DNA of 64,000 nt from Candidatus Nomurabacteria bacterium. Its GTDB lineage: Bacteria > Patescibacteriota > Minisyncoccia > Phycocordibacterales > UBA9973. Each line of letters opens with the position of its first letter. The stretch's first letter is position 1. Position numbers and translations under genes: made by a program. The DNA is taken from positions 179,020 to 243,019 of the forward strand of contig CAWJHU010000001.1 in assembly GCA_963842815.1 (NCBI GenBank), given 5' to 3'. Positions 47,074-57,407 of the stretch are shown here, piece by piece. The notes beneath the pieces were generated by a model that was not told the DNA's origin, did no database searches, and saw only the letters and a list, made by a program, of their open reading frames with translations.

Positions 47074-48648
47074 ATGATTAATAAAATAAAAAAACAAAAT
47101 ATGAATAAAAAATTTTTAGCGATATTTATTTTTGCGGTCGGAATTCTTTTTGCCAATAACGCTTTGGCAACTAACGGCGCCTGTGGTCCGGCTAATGGAA
47201 CGAACTCCTGCCTTGCCCCTACCAGCTATCTTTGTTCTGCCGGGACAGCTTCAGCAGTTTCCGGAAATGGTTCCTCATGGACTTGGGTTTGCACGGGTAA
47301 TAACTATGGAACCAATGCGTCGTGTTCAGCAAATGTAGTATGTCCAGTCAACGGCACTTGCTCATCCCCGGCTACTCACTATACTTGCGCTGCAGGCACA
47401 AGCACCAGTAATGCGGAAACTTCCAGTTCTTATACCTGGTCCTGCCAGAGTTCCAACGGTGGAACCACTGTATCCTGTACGGAAAGCAAACCGGCAGTCA
47501 ATGGCGCTTGCGGTTCGGCCAACGGACAAAGTTTTTCTTCTACTCCGTCTTCAAATCTTTGCAGTGCGGGTACAGCAACCGGCGTGACAAGCGGAACTAA
47601 TTGGACTTGGTCTTGCCAGGGTTCCAATTATGGAACCAATGCGTCCTGTACGGCGTACAAAACTACTTCCGCCATTACCAGCTCTATTACCGATGCCGGA
47701 GCTGTTTCCACTATTTCTACCAAAACAGTCTACACTGGAAATTCGGGTACCAGCAAATCAGTTGTTATCCCGTATATCAATAGTAATGATACTACCCATA
47801 GCCGAACATTTTATCTTTATAATAATTCCATTCTTCTCAATCAAAAAACTATCACGGCAAGCTGTAGTTCAACTGATTATTGGGATACTGTTTCCAAAAC
47901 ATGCCAGCCAAATACCAATAATAACGGATCCTGTTCAGCCACTCATTATAATTGTATTAAGGGGACAAGCGCTAATAACATAGAAGGAACTGACGCCTAC
48001 ACTTGGATTTGCGAAGGCGGTTCTGGCGGAACTGATGCGTATTGTTCCGAAAACAAAACCGCTCCTTCCGGCACGCTGTCCGTTACTTCCTGCACTATTC
48101 CAAATAACGCATCCACTTGCTCTGCAAAAGTTTCCTGGACCACCGCCAATTTAATTTCTGGCGCCGCCACGGCGGTAACCAGAGACAATCCCGCGAACAC
48201 TACTGTTTCTTCAGCAACCTCCGGCACCAATGTAAGCAATACTGTTAATTATGGGACGAGTAATTTTTACCTTTATCATAATGGAACAGAACTTGCTCAA
48301 GCCACCATTACCGCAAACTGTGTTTCAGGCAATTGGAATAACAGCAGCGGAAAATGCGTAGTTGCTTCTCCTCTTTCTCCGACTGCCGGCATTTTAGTCA
48401 GTCCTTCATCCATAGCCTCGGGCGGAAGCGCAACCGTTACTTGGACTTCAAGCAATACAAACTCTTGCACGGGTACCGGCTTTGATACGGGCGGAGCCAC
48501 TTCCGGCAGTGTTACGGTTAGTCCAACGGCAACCACCACCTATTCAATCGTTTGCGACAATGGAACAGTTCAGGCGTCCGATCAGGCGACGATAACCATA
48601 ACGGGGACAGGCACAGGGACTAAAAAACCGGGATATAAAGAAAATTAA
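47074..48648 (+). CDS. Secreted surface protein (524 aa) with at least 4 tandem ~50-aa 4-Cys modules (CxAGT...WTWxC...NASC) and C-terminal Ig-like domain
   Basis: Signal peptide MNKKFLAIFIFAVGILFANNALA. Repeats spelled out in the translation. Confidence 0.65.
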   Translation: MINKIKKQNMNKKFLAIFIFAVGILFANNALATNGACGPANGTNSCLAPTSYLCSAGTASAVSGNGSSWTWVCTGNNYGTNASCSANVVCPVNGTCSSPATHYTCAAGTSTSNAETSSSYTWSCQSSNGGTTVSCTESKPAVNGACGSANGQSFSSTPSSNLCSAGTATGVTSGTNWTWSCQGSNYGTNASCTAYKTTSAITSSITDAGAVSTISTKTVYTGNSGTSKSVVIPYINSNDTTHSRTFYLYNNSILLNQKTITASCSSTDYWDTVSKTCQPNTNNNGSCSATHYNCIKGTSANNIEGTDAYTWICEGGSGGTDAYCSENKTAPSGTLSVTSCTIPNNASTCSAKVSWTTANLISGAATAVTRDNPANTTVSSATSGTNVSNTVNYGTSNFYLYHNGTELAQATITANCVSGNWNNSSGKCVVASPLSPTAGILVSPSSIASGGSATVTWTSSNTNSCTGTGFDTGGATSGSVTVSPTATTTYSIVCDNGTVQASDQATITITGTGTGTKKPGYKEN

Positions 48649-48711
48649 ATTATTAATTAATAATTGGCAAAAAAATCTCCCATTTGGGGGATTTTTTGCT
48701 ATAATATTAAT

Positions 48712-50460
48712 ATGCAGATTGATAAAGAGCAGTTGAAAAAAGTTATTTTGGAATCGGGAATTATCTCACGCTCCGAACTGGATGAAGCAATTGAAAAAGC
48801 CGAAGCAAAAAAACAAAAGCTCAGCAATATTTTGTTGTCCGACGGAAAAATATCCGAAACCGATTTGAAGCGGATGGAAGCTTTTGTTTTGGAGATACCT
48901 TTTGTCAATTTAGTTAATAAAAAAATAGATTATGCCACCCTTTCTCTTATCCCCGAGCCCATTGCCAGGAATCACAATATTATTGCCTATAAAAAAAGCG
49001 AAACGGGATTGGAAGTGGCCATGCTGGATGTTGATGATTTGCCCATAATTGATTTTATCAAAAAACGCGCGGAAGAAAAAATTTTACCCCGATTGACTGA
49101 TGCAGATTCCATCAAGTTTGCCCTTACCCAGTACAGAAAAAGTTTGCAAGCGGATTTTGACAGTATTATTAAAAAAGAATCCGCTTCGCTTAAAACCGAT
49201 TCCAAAAACGAACCCGAAAAAACGGCGGAAGAATTGAAGGCCCTGGCGGAAGATTTGCCGGTCATTAAAATAGTGGATTCTTTGATTTCCCATGCCATTT
49301 TACAAAATACTTCCGACATTCATATTGAACCCGGAGAAAATGACTTGACCATAAGATACAGAATAGACGGCATCTTGCATGATGCCATGATTTTGGATAA
49401 AAGCGCCGCGCCCGGCATAACCACCCGCATAAAAGTGCTGGCCAATTTGAAACTGGATGAAAAAAGATTGCCCCAGGACGGCAGATTTAAAATAGAACAG
49501 AACGGAGAAAGAGTTTCTTTCCGTGTTTCCACCTTGCCCACTTTTTACGGCGAAAAAACTGTGGTCAGAATTCTGAAAGAAAACGCCCACGGCTTTTCTC
49601 TGGAGACGCTCGGTTTCCACGGCGAAGGATTGGAGCGAATTCATGATTCTTTGAAACAGAGAATCGGCATGGTACTGGCCACCGGGCCCACCGGAAGCGG
49701 AAAAACAACCACTCTTTATACCATGCTGGAAATTTTAAACAGGCCGGAAGTAAATATTTCTACAGTGGAAGACCCCATTGAATATCAAATGCCCAGAGTG
49801 AATCAAACCCAGGTAAAACCGGAAATTGGTCTCACTTTTGCCAATGGACTTCGCTCTCTTCTACGCCAGGACCCGGACATAATCATGGTTGGAGAAATTC
49901 GTGATGGCGAGACGGCTGGGTTGGCGGTAAATGCCTCGCTTACCGGGCATCTTGTTTTGTCCACCATCCATACCAACTCCGCTTCCGGAGCAATTCCGAG
50001 ATTGATAGATATGGGTGTTCTGCCGTTTTTGATAATTTCAACGGTGAAGACCATTATTGCCCAAAGATTGGTGCGAAGGCTTGTATCCAGCAAAGAAAAA
50101 TATTTCTTGTCGGCGGATGAGCTGAAAAATCTGGCAAAACTTGTTGACCTGGACCGAATGCTTCTGATGCTGAAGAATGAAAAAATTATCGGACCGGAAG
50201 ATACCTGGAAAACGGTCCCTTTCTATAAGCCGGTAAAAAATAACGAGTCTCCGGACGGCTATTCGGACCGCATCGGCATTCATGAAGTGCTGAAAGTGAC
50301 GGCTTCCATAAAGGAAATGATTATCCGCGGAAGTTCCCAGGATGAAATAGAAGTTCAGGCGAAAAAAGAGGGGATGATGACCATTTTGGAAGACGGAATT
50401 TTCCAATCGGTTTTAGGGAATACAAGTTTGGAGGAAGTGTTCAGGGTAGTTTCGGAGTAG
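48712..50460 (+). CDS. pilB: Type IV pilus assembly ATPase PilB (GspE family)
   Basis: T2SSE N-terminal domain, Walker A GPTGSGKTTTLY, Asp box, His box. ATG 48712 chosen (MQIDKEQ...). Confidence 0.85.
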   Translation: MQIDKEQLKKVILESGIISRSELDEAIEKAEAKKQKLSNILLSDGKISETDLKRMEAFVLEIPFVNLVNKKIDYATLSLIPEPIARNHNIIAYKKSETGLEVAMLDVDDLPIIDFIKKRAEEKILPRLTDADSIKFALTQYRKSLQADFDSIIKKESASLKTDSKNEPEKTAEELKALAEDLPVIKIVDSLISHAILQNTSDIHIEPGENDLTIRYRIDGILHDAMILDKSAAPGITTRIKVLANLKLDEKRLPQDGRFKIEQNGERVSFRVSTLPTFYGEKTVVRILKENAHGFSLETLGFHGEGLERIHDSLKQRIGMVLATGPTGSGKTTTLYTMLEILNRPEVNISTVEDPIEYQMPRVNQTQVKPEIGLTFANGLRSLLRQDPDIIMVGEIRDGETAGLAVNASLTGHLVLSTIHTNSASGAIPRLIDMGVLPFLIISTVKTIIAQRLVRRLVSSKEKYFLSADELKNLAKLVDLDRMLLMLKNEKIIGPEDTWKTVPFYKPVKNNESPDGYSDRIGIHEVLKVTASIKEMIIRGSSQDEIEVQAKKEGMMTILEDGIFQSVLGNTSLEEVFRVVSE

Positions 50461-50480
50461 CTTCGGAAATTTGAAACAAT

Positions 50481-51698
50481 ATGTTATTTTTATATAAAGC
50501 AAAATCAAAAAGCGGAGAAATTTTTGAAGGAACGATGGAATCAACGGACCGTTTTTCTCTTTCCCGGGAATTGAAATCCCGAGGAAATATTCCCATTTCC
50601 ATAACGGAGAAAAAAGACAATGCTTTTGATTTTTCAAAAATATGGGGGCGGTTTTTTTTAAAAGTAAAAATTGAGGAGCAAATTATTTTCACTAAAAATT
50701 TAAGCGGGATGCTCCGGGCCGGACTTTCTCTCTACAGAGCCTTGTCCGTTTTGAAAAAACAAACGAAAAATAAAGAATTCAACAAAGTTTTAACTTCGCT
50801 TTCCAATGAAATAAATGCCGGCGGGACGCTTTCTTCGGGGTTGGAAAAATTTCCGGATGTTTTTTCAAAACTTTTCGTTTCCATGTCCCGGGCCGGCGAG
50901 GAATCCGGCAATCTTTCCGATGCGCTTTCGGAAGTCGGTTCCAATTTGGAAAAAGCGCATTCGCTCACCAAAAAAATAAAAGGAGCGCTCATTTATCCGG
51001 GAGTAATTCTTTCGGCCATGGTTCTGATAGGGGTTTTGATGTTCGCCTTTGTGGTGCCCACCCTGGCCGGCACCTTTAAAGAACTCGGAGTGGACCTGCC
51101 GGCCTCCACGAAATTCATAATTTTCCTGGGAAACTTTTTTTCCCAATATTTAATTTTATCCTTTGCTCTCATTATCGGGTCTGTTCTGGGAATAGTTTCA
51201 CTTTTGCGGGCCGATTTTATGACTAAATATGTTGATTTTATAATTATCAGACTACCCATTGTGGGGAAAATATCCAAAGAATTGAACACTGCCCGCACCA
51301 CCCGCACCATGTCTTCGCTCTTGCTGTCCGGTGTTTCCATTACTCGGGCCATAGAAATAACCGGAGATGTGGTGCAAAATATTTATTATAAAAAAGTTTT
51401 ACAGCAAGCCAAAGAAGAAATAGAAAAAGGGGCGCCCTTTTCCAAAGCTTTTGAAGAACATCCGAATCTTTTTCCCATAATGATGACGGAGATGATTCAG
51501 GTGGGAGAAGAAACCGGGAAATTGTCGGACATGCTGGTTCAGGTTGCTTCTTTTTATGAGGAGGAAATAGAAAATAAAACCAAAAATCTTTCCATAGTTA
51601 TTGAACCGGTGCTGATGATTTTTATCGGCGCCGCTGTGGGCTTTTTCGCCATCTCCATGATTTCGCCTTTGTACTCGGTGATGGACAATATAAAATAA
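50481..51698 (+). CDS. pilC: Type IV pilus assembly platform protein PilC (GspF family)
   Basis: Two T2SS-F repeats, 3 TM helices, 405 aa. Confidence 0.8.
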   Translation: MLFLYKAKSKSGEIFEGTMESTDRFSLSRELKSRGNIPISITEKKDNAFDFSKIWGRFFLKVKIEEQIIFTKNLSGMLRAGLSLYRALSVLKKQTKNKEFNKVLTSLSNEINAGGTLSSGLEKFPDVFSKLFVSMSRAGEESGNLSDALSEVGSNLEKAHSLTKKIKGALIYPGVILSAMVLIGVLMFAFVVPTLAGTFKELGVDLPASTKFIIFLGNFFSQYLILSFALIIGSVLGIVSLLRADFMTKYVDFIIIRLPIVGKISKELNTARTTRTMSSLLLSGVSITRAIEITGDVVQNIYYKKVLQQAKEEIEKGAPFSKAFEEHPNLFPIMMTEMIQVGEETGKLSDMLVQVASFYEEEIENKTKNLSIVIEPVLMIFIGAAVGFFAISMISPLYSVMDNIK

Positions 51699-51741
51699 TT
51701 TCCCGCCTGCATTAGCTATGCTAAAAGCATTGCGGACAGGT

Positions 51742-53172
51742 TTAATTTTTCACTTCCTGCCAGGAGAGGATTTGATAGTTATCGGAAGTCAGAGGGAAAC
51801 TCGGCGGAGGAGCGTAAAGCATATTGGCATCATAGGAAATATTTCTGGTTGTATAACCGGTTCCATCTGTGTAGGCAAAGCCATATCTGTCGTGGGAAGC
51901 AATCATTCCATAAAGAGAAATAGTGGAACGATTTTGATAAACGCAGTTGTCTCCCGAATAATAAGGTCTTCCCACCTGGTCGTTCTGGGCGATGAGAGCA
52001 GCGTCTATTTTTAAATTATTATCACTTGCCATTCCCACTAGCACTCCTCCTTGTCCGATTAATCCTATGGAATCCGTGCCGTCATAATTGCTGTAGGAAA
52101 GGTCATCATTCACTATAATATTTTTAAATTTTGACATGTCCGTAGGCACCGGCAAATCGGCAGCGGTGATTGTCAGACGGGCGCCATTTATTTGGCCGTC
52201 AACCACCACATGGTCCTCTATAAAAATTATTCCATTGGGAGGGAAAGCATAATTTCCCTGAAGTGTTTGCGTGCCGACGCTCCAGCTTACACTTGTTCCG
52301 GAACAATTTCCCAAATTGGCCCAGGAATTTATTTTGTATAAATCAAAAGTGCCGTCTGTTTTTAAAACTATATGATAGCCGACATATCCGGTTCCGGCTA
52401 CGTCTCTGTAAAATCCGCTTGACTGGGCGCTGGATTTCAGGGTGGCCAAATCCGTGGTAAAACCCGAGAAATCAATAGTAGGCTGGCTTATTAAACGTCC
52501 AGCTTGAAAAACATCCGTCCGGGAAGGCAAAGTTGCCGGGGGAGATGGGTCGGCCGGCGAGATGCAAGTATGAACGCCGTAGGAATTTCCGGTGCAAGCA
52601 TCGCTATCGGTATCCGTATAACTGGTTACACCGCTGGTAATAATATTATGAGCCAATCCGTCAAAACGAATGCCTCCATTTGAACTGATAGGTCCGAAAA
52701 TTTCCGTACCCTGGCCGAAGCGCATATTGGAATTTCCAGCAAAAGCGTATTTGGCGATGGATGGCTTGGCCACTTTGCTTTCTATTTTTCTTAAGGCCGA
52801 AGAGTCTGCCAAAGTAAGGCCGGTGGATTTTATTTTAACTAAAGTTGACCCGGTGGTTGGAGCCGTGATGTCCAGGGAAAATTGTCCGATAGTCGTTCCA
52901 TTTTTATCTTTCATCAAATGCACATAGAGTCCCGCTATTCCTGTTCCATCTTTGAAATCCGTCGGAGCATGGGCTAAATGCCAGCGATAATAATCTATTC
53001 CGGCTTCGGCTGTTTGGAAGGATTGTTCCCGATAAAAAGTTTCTCGTCCGCTTTTTATGGAGATGGCTGCCCAGCCGGCCAGGGCCGCAATTATGCAGAT
53101 GGCCACCGCGCCGAAAACCAGCACATAGATTATGAGAATTCCCTTATTTTTTTGGCTGTTTCTTTTCTTCAT
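51742..53172 (-). CDS. Large pilin-like / pilus-associated protein with N-terminal hydrophobic anchor (476 aa)
   Basis: N-terminal KNKGILIIYVLVFGAVAICIIAALA. Co-oriented with two prepilin genes. Confidence 0.45.
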   Translation of the reverse strand: MKKRNSQKNKGILIIYVLVFGAVAICIIAALAGWAAISIKSGRETFYREQSFQTAEAGIDYYRWHLAHAPTDFKDGTGIAGLYVHLMKDKNGTTIGQFSLDITAPTTGSTLVKIKSTGLTLADSSALRKIESKVAKPSIAKYAFAGNSNMRFGQGTEIFGPISSNGGIRFDGLAHNIITSGVTSYTDTDSDACTGNSYGVHTCISPADPSPPATLPSRTDVFQAGRLISQPTIDFSGFTTDLATLKSSAQSSGFYRDVAGTGYVGYHIVLKTDGTFDLYKINSWANLGNCSGTSVSWSVGTQTLQGNYAFPPNGIIFIEDHVVVDGQINGARLTITAADLPVPTDMSKFKNIIVNDDLSYSNYDGTDSIGLIGQGGVLVGMASDNNLKIDAALIAQNDQVGRPYYSGDNCVYQNRSTISLYGMIASHDRYGFAYTDGTGYTTRNISYDANMLYAPPPSFPLTSDNYQILSWQEVKN

Positions 53173-53789
53173 AAATTATCTTTCAAATTTCTTATGGAAA
53201 CCTGGGTGGTCATGGTTTCCGGCGAAGGCGGTTTGTTGGGGTCTTTATCTGTGACAATTGTTATTTTTATAAGGCGAACAACCGGGATGTTTATCGGAGA
53301 AGAAAGAGGAGAAGTATTCCCGTCGTAATTTTCATCGTAGTAATTAAAAATTGCGCTGTTGGTAACATAGGGAACAATGACGCTTATAATTTCATTGGAA
53401 GAATTATAGGAGAGTGGACTGCCGGTTGGTTTTACCACTCCTTTCTTGAGAGAGCCGTTATCAAGAAAATATCTTACCCTTTCTCTTAGCCCATCGTTGT
53501 TTATGTCCGAATAAAAAGAAAAGGTTGTGGCGTTTGCTTGATTGATGGTATAAGCTCCGGTGTCGGCCGGTCCGGCTGTTCGTATTTCCGCTGTCATTGT
53601 TTTCAGAGCCGTTCTCCCGGCGTCAATATCTCCCAAACCATTTGAAATAAATGTACTATATTGAAAAATATTTTTTGCAAAAAGAGTAGCTGCGATCATC
53701 ACCAATATTAAAATTGAAATGGAAAAAAGAATTTCAATAAGGGTAAACCCGAAATTTTTTCTTATTTTATTTTTTTTATCAGTTTTCAT
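53169..53789 (-). CDS. Type IV prepilin-like protein (N-terminal cleavage/methylation motif GFTLIEIL)
   Basis: KNFGFTLIEILFSISILILVMIAA is a class III signal peptide. Confidence 0.8.
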   Translation of the reverse strand: MKTDKKNKIRKNFGFTLIEILFSISILILVMIAATLFAKNIFQYSTFISNGLGDIDAGRTALKTMTAEIRTAGPADTGAYTINQANATTFSFYSDINNDGLRERVRYFLDNGSLKKGVVKPTGSPLSYNSSNEIISVIVPYVTNSAIFNYYDENYDGNTSPLSSPINIPVVRLIKITIVTDKDPNKPPSPETMTTQVSIRNLKDNL

Positions 53790-53792
53790 AAT

Positions 53793-55133
53793 TTATTGGG
53801 GCGTCAGGGTTATGCTTTTTTGTTGCCAGCCCGGAGAAGAAGAGGAAAGACTGATGGAACTGGTGGAAGTTTGATAGCCTGTTTTTGAAACAGTCAGGGT
53901 ATAATTTCCCGTGCCCAGCCCGTTCCAAAATGCTTGGCCCGGAGCCGAACATCCCGTGGAAGAGGTAGTTTTGGTTTGGTCAAAACCGGATTTTTGCAGG
54001 CGAATAGTTGTTCCATCGGCTATGGCTGCCCCGGTGGAAGTTTTTACGGAAACCAAAAGCGCTCTGTTTGAATGTGCCACCGTCATAAATTGAACTGATT
54101 TATTTTCACCCGGATTAATAGGAAACGAACTGACGGGCATCGTTCCGGCTACATCATAGGTGCTTCCGGAAGGGGAAATTGAATAGGAATCCCATTCCAA
54201 ATTGGGAATAGTTTTTTGGCCCGTGCTATCCGTGGTAAATGTTTGAGAATATTTTAATACCGAAGGCGTGCCTATTAATTTTGCTCCCGATAGGGTAAAT
54301 GGAATACTTGGCAAGACAAGGCAAGTATTATCCACGCTTGAAACATTTAAAGAACCAAGAGTGTCTATGGCAAAAGTAATTTGAGTAACTTGCCTGGTTG
54401 CGACGGTTGAATCCGGCTTGACCGGACTTGAACCGGCTACTCCGCCAACCGGATATGTTTGATCTTGAGAATATCCAGATTTTGTTACCGTAATATTGTA
54501 AGCTTTCGTTCCCGGAATAGCGTCAATTATTTTTAGCCATCCGTCATTGTCCGTTATTTCATCTATTATGGTATCCGGATTTGTATTGGTGTTCACAATG
54601 TGAACGGAAGCCTGTGGAACCGGAGCCCCTGCGGCATTAAAAGCTCTGATAAACAATGCTCCGTTGCTGGAAACGCTTTCAAGGGCGCGCGGAGCAACCA
54701 AAGTTGTAAAATTTAACATTGAAGAATATTTGCAATTTGAACAGGAAATATCCAAGTCCACCATTTTATAGTCAGCCGGGGAAAGGTCGTTCGGGGTTCC
54801 GCCGAGAGTTCCGTCAAAGGGGTCGTCAATGCTTCTGATGGACGTTAAAATGGTAAAAGAATAATTGTCTCTTGTAATGTTTTCGGTTCTGGCGATTTTT
54901 CCGGCTGGCAATCCGCCCAGAATCCCCACGTCGTCGTAGGATAAATTGCGGATAATTTCAAATTTTTCATTGGCGATGGAGGTGGCGACAATTTTTGCCC
55001 GAGATACCGAGACGCCGTCCATCAGCACTCCGAAAGATTTAAAGGCAGCCAGCGCCACCAGAAGAAATACCGCAGTGCCCACCAGGGTTTCAACCAAAGT
55101 AAACCCTCTTTTTTGTTTTTTAGAAAAATTCAT
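53793..55133 (-). CDS. Large type IV prepilin-like (minor pilin / pseudopilin) protein (446 aa)
   Basis: KRGFTLVETLVGTAVFLLVALAAF prepilin motif. Confidence 0.75.
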   Translation of the reverse strand: MNFSKKQKRGFTLVETLVGTAVFLLVALAAFKSFGVLMDGVSVSRAKIVATSIANEKFEIIRNLSYDDVGILGGLPAGKIARTENITRDNYSFTILTSIRSIDDPFDGTLGGTPNDLSPADYKMVDLDISCSNCKYSSMLNFTTLVAPRALESVSSNGALFIRAFNAAGAPVPQASVHIVNTNTNPDTIIDEITDNDGWLKIIDAIPGTKAYNITVTKSGYSQDQTYPVGGVAGSSPVKPDSTVATRQVTQITFAIDTLGSLNVSSVDNTCLVLPSIPFTLSGAKLIGTPSVLKYSQTFTTDSTGQKTIPNLEWDSYSISPSGSTYDVAGTMPVSSFPINPGENKSVQFMTVAHSNRALLVSVKTSTGAAIADGTTIRLQKSGFDQTKTTSSTGCSAPGQAFWNGLGTGNYTLTVSKTGYQTSTSSISLSSSSPGWQQKSITLTPQ

Positions 55134-55175
55134 AGCCGATTATATTTTAGCAAATTATGATATACTTTACTATGT

Positions 55176-55940
55176 ATGAAAAGAAGCAAAATAATTATAG
55201 GCAATTGGAAAATGAACCCGCTTTCTTTAAAAGAAGCGGAAAAATTGTTTACCGGCACGGCAAAATCCGCCTCTTCCATAAAAACAGCGAAAATCGTGAT
55301 TTGTCCGCCGTCTTTATATTTGGAAAAGTTGAAAAAATTATCCAGAAAGATATCTTTGGGCGGGCAGAATGTTTTTTGGGGAGATGTGGGCGCCCAAACC
55401 GGAGAAATATCCGGAGAAATGCTTTACGATATCGGAGCAAGATACGTGATAGTGGGTCATTCTGAACGTCGCGCCAGAGGAGAAAATAATAATGAGGTGA
55501 ATAAAAAAGTGAAAGCCTCAATCGGTACTGGACTGGTACCTATTCTCTGCCTGGGAGAGAGTGTTCGAGATGAAAATCACGAATATCTGAATTTTATAAA
55601 AATGCAGATAGAAGAATGTTTGAACGGAGTTCCCAAAGATTCCATTTCAAAAGTTATTGTTGCCTATGAACCGGTCTGGGCCATCGGCAAAGGAGCCCAC
55701 CCAGCAACCTCGGAAGAATTTCGGGAGATAAATATCTTTATCAGAAAAATTTTAAGCGATAAATTCGGTGTGAAAGCGGTTGGAAACATTAAAATAATCT
55801 ACGGCGGGTCGGTGGATGAAAAAAATACGGAGGAATTTATCAAAGAAGGCCAGGCCGACGGTTTTTTGGTGGGCAGAGTAAGCCTGAATCCGAAAAAGTT
55901 TGCGGAGATTATAAAAATATGCGAAGCATTGAGCAAATAA
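55176..55940 (+). CDS. tpiA: Triosephosphate isomerase
   Basis: IIGNWKMN ... VIVGHSERR ... YEPVWAIGKG ... IYGGSV. Confidence 0.9.
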   Translation: MKRSKIIIGNWKMNPLSLKEAEKLFTGTAKSASSIKTAKIVICPPSLYLEKLKKLSRKISLGGQNVFWGDVGAQTGEISGEMLYDIGARYVIVGHSERRARGENNNEVNKKVKASIGTGLVPILCLGESVRDENHEYLNFIKMQIEECLNGVPKDSISKVIVAYEPVWAIGKGAHPATSEEFREINIFIRKILSDKFGVKAVGNIKIIYGGSVDEKNTEEFIKEGQADGFLVGRVSLNPKKFAEIIKICEALSK

Positions 55941-56983
55941 AAAATTTAAAAGGGAAAATTGCCTTGGTTAGAGTGGATTTCAATGTGCCCATTAAAAATG
56001 GGCGAGTTTTGGATGATTTCAGAATCAGAAAAGCCCTGCCGACAGTTAAATTTCTAGAAAAAAAAGGCGCGAAAATAATTTTGATTACGCATTTGGGAGA
56101 AGACGGCAGTAAAAGTCTTGAACCGGTTATCAAACATTTCTTTAAAATTTTCAAATGCTCAAAATCGCAGGTTGGTTTTTTGCCGAATATCAGAAAATTC
56201 CCCGGGGAAATGAAAAATGACCCGAATTTCGCCAAAAAACTTTCAAAATTGGGCGACATTTATGTAAATGAAGCTTTTTCGGTTTCCCATCGCGCCCATG
56301 CTTCGATAGTTGAGTTGCCAAAATATCTGCCTAGCTATGCAGGTTTACAATTTGAACAGGAAATAAAAAATTTGTCTCAAGTTTTTAAAAAACCAAAACG
56401 CCCCTTTCTTTTTATTTTGGGAGGAGCCAAATTTTCCACTAAAATGCCTTTGATAAAAAAATATTTGAGATTGGCAGACCAGGTTTTTATCGGCGGAGCT
56501 TTAGCGAACGATTTTCTGAAAGCCAAAGGCTGTGAAATAGGGCAGTCTCTCACAGATAATACGAATTATAATTTTAAAGAAATTCTTAAAAACAAAAAAT
56601 TGGTTTTGCCGATAGATGTTCTTGTGAAATCGGGCAATAAATTAATGAACAAAGAAGCAAATAAAGTTAAAAAAGACGAAATTATTTTGGATATGGGGAA
56701 TAAAACGGTGAAAATTCTGGAACAATTGGTTAAAAAATCAAAACTCATTCTTTGGAATGGACCATTGGGCAAATATGAATCCGGAGGGGCAAAAGCAACT
56801 GAAAAAATATTAAAATCAGTGGCAAAAGCAAAAACAGAAAGTATCATTGGCGGAGGAGATATTGTTTCTATGGTATCAAAAATGAAAATGGAGAAAAAAT
56901 TCTCTTTTGTTTCCACCGGCGGCGGGGCCACCTTGGATTTTCTGGCGAATGGTACCTTGCCGGGAATTAAAGCGCTGAAATAA
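55919..56983 (+). CDS. pgk: Phosphoglycerate kinase (compact, 354 aa)
   Basis: VRVDFNVP ... ITHLG ... GGAKFSTK ... GGGA. Confidence 0.8.
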   Translation: MRSIEQIKNLKGKIALVRVDFNVPIKNGRVLDDFRIRKALPTVKFLEKKGAKIILITHLGEDGSKSLEPVIKHFFKIFKCSKSQVGFLPNIRKFPGEMKNDPNFAKKLSKLGDIYVNEAFSVSHRAHASIVELPKYLPSYAGLQFEQEIKNLSQVFKKPKRPFLFILGGAKFSTKMPLIKKYLRLADQVFIGGALANDFLKAKGCEIGQSLTDNTNYNFKEILKNKKLVLPIDVLVKSGNKLMNKEANKVKKDEIILDMGNKTVKILEQLVKKSKLILWNGPLGKYESGGAKATEKILKSVAKAKTESIIGGGDIVSMVSKMKMEKKFSFVSTGGGATLDFLANGTLPGIKALK

Positions 56984-57371
56984 TTTTTTTTGCTGTTTCT
57001 TTTATTTCTCCGTCTTTAGGTTTTCTTCCGGGCCAAAGGGGCAGAGCGTCTCCTTTAAGTCTTGGTATAACGTGTATGTGCAAATGAAAAATTACTTGTC
57101 CGGCATCTTTGTCGTTGTTCATCGTTACGTTCACTCCGTCCGCGCCGATTTTTTTTAAAGCAATACTTACCTTTTGAGCGATTTTCATAATGTAGGCAAG
57201 CGTATTTTCATCCACATCGTAAATATTATTGAAATGTTTTTTCGGCACAATCAAAGTATGGCCCAAATTAACCGGATTAATATCCAAAAAAGCGAGAGCT
57301 ATCTCGTCTTCATAAATTTTTTCTGAAGGTATTTCACCCTTTGCGATTTTGCAAAAAATACAGTTTTCCAT
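56967..57371 (-). CDS. HIT-family (histidine triad) hydrolase
   Basis: CIFCKIAKGEIPSEKIYED ... HLHIHVIPR. Confidence 0.85.
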   Translation of the reverse strand: MENCIFCKIAKGEIPSEKIYEDEIALAFLDINPVNLGHTLIVPKKHFNNIYDVDENTLAYIMKIAQKVSIALKKIGADGVNVTMNNDKDAGQVIFHLHIHVIPRLKGDALPLWPGRKPKDGEIKETAKKIISAL

Positions 57372-57407
57372 TCTGATATTGTATCAAATTATGCTAAAAT
57401 TTGCTCT

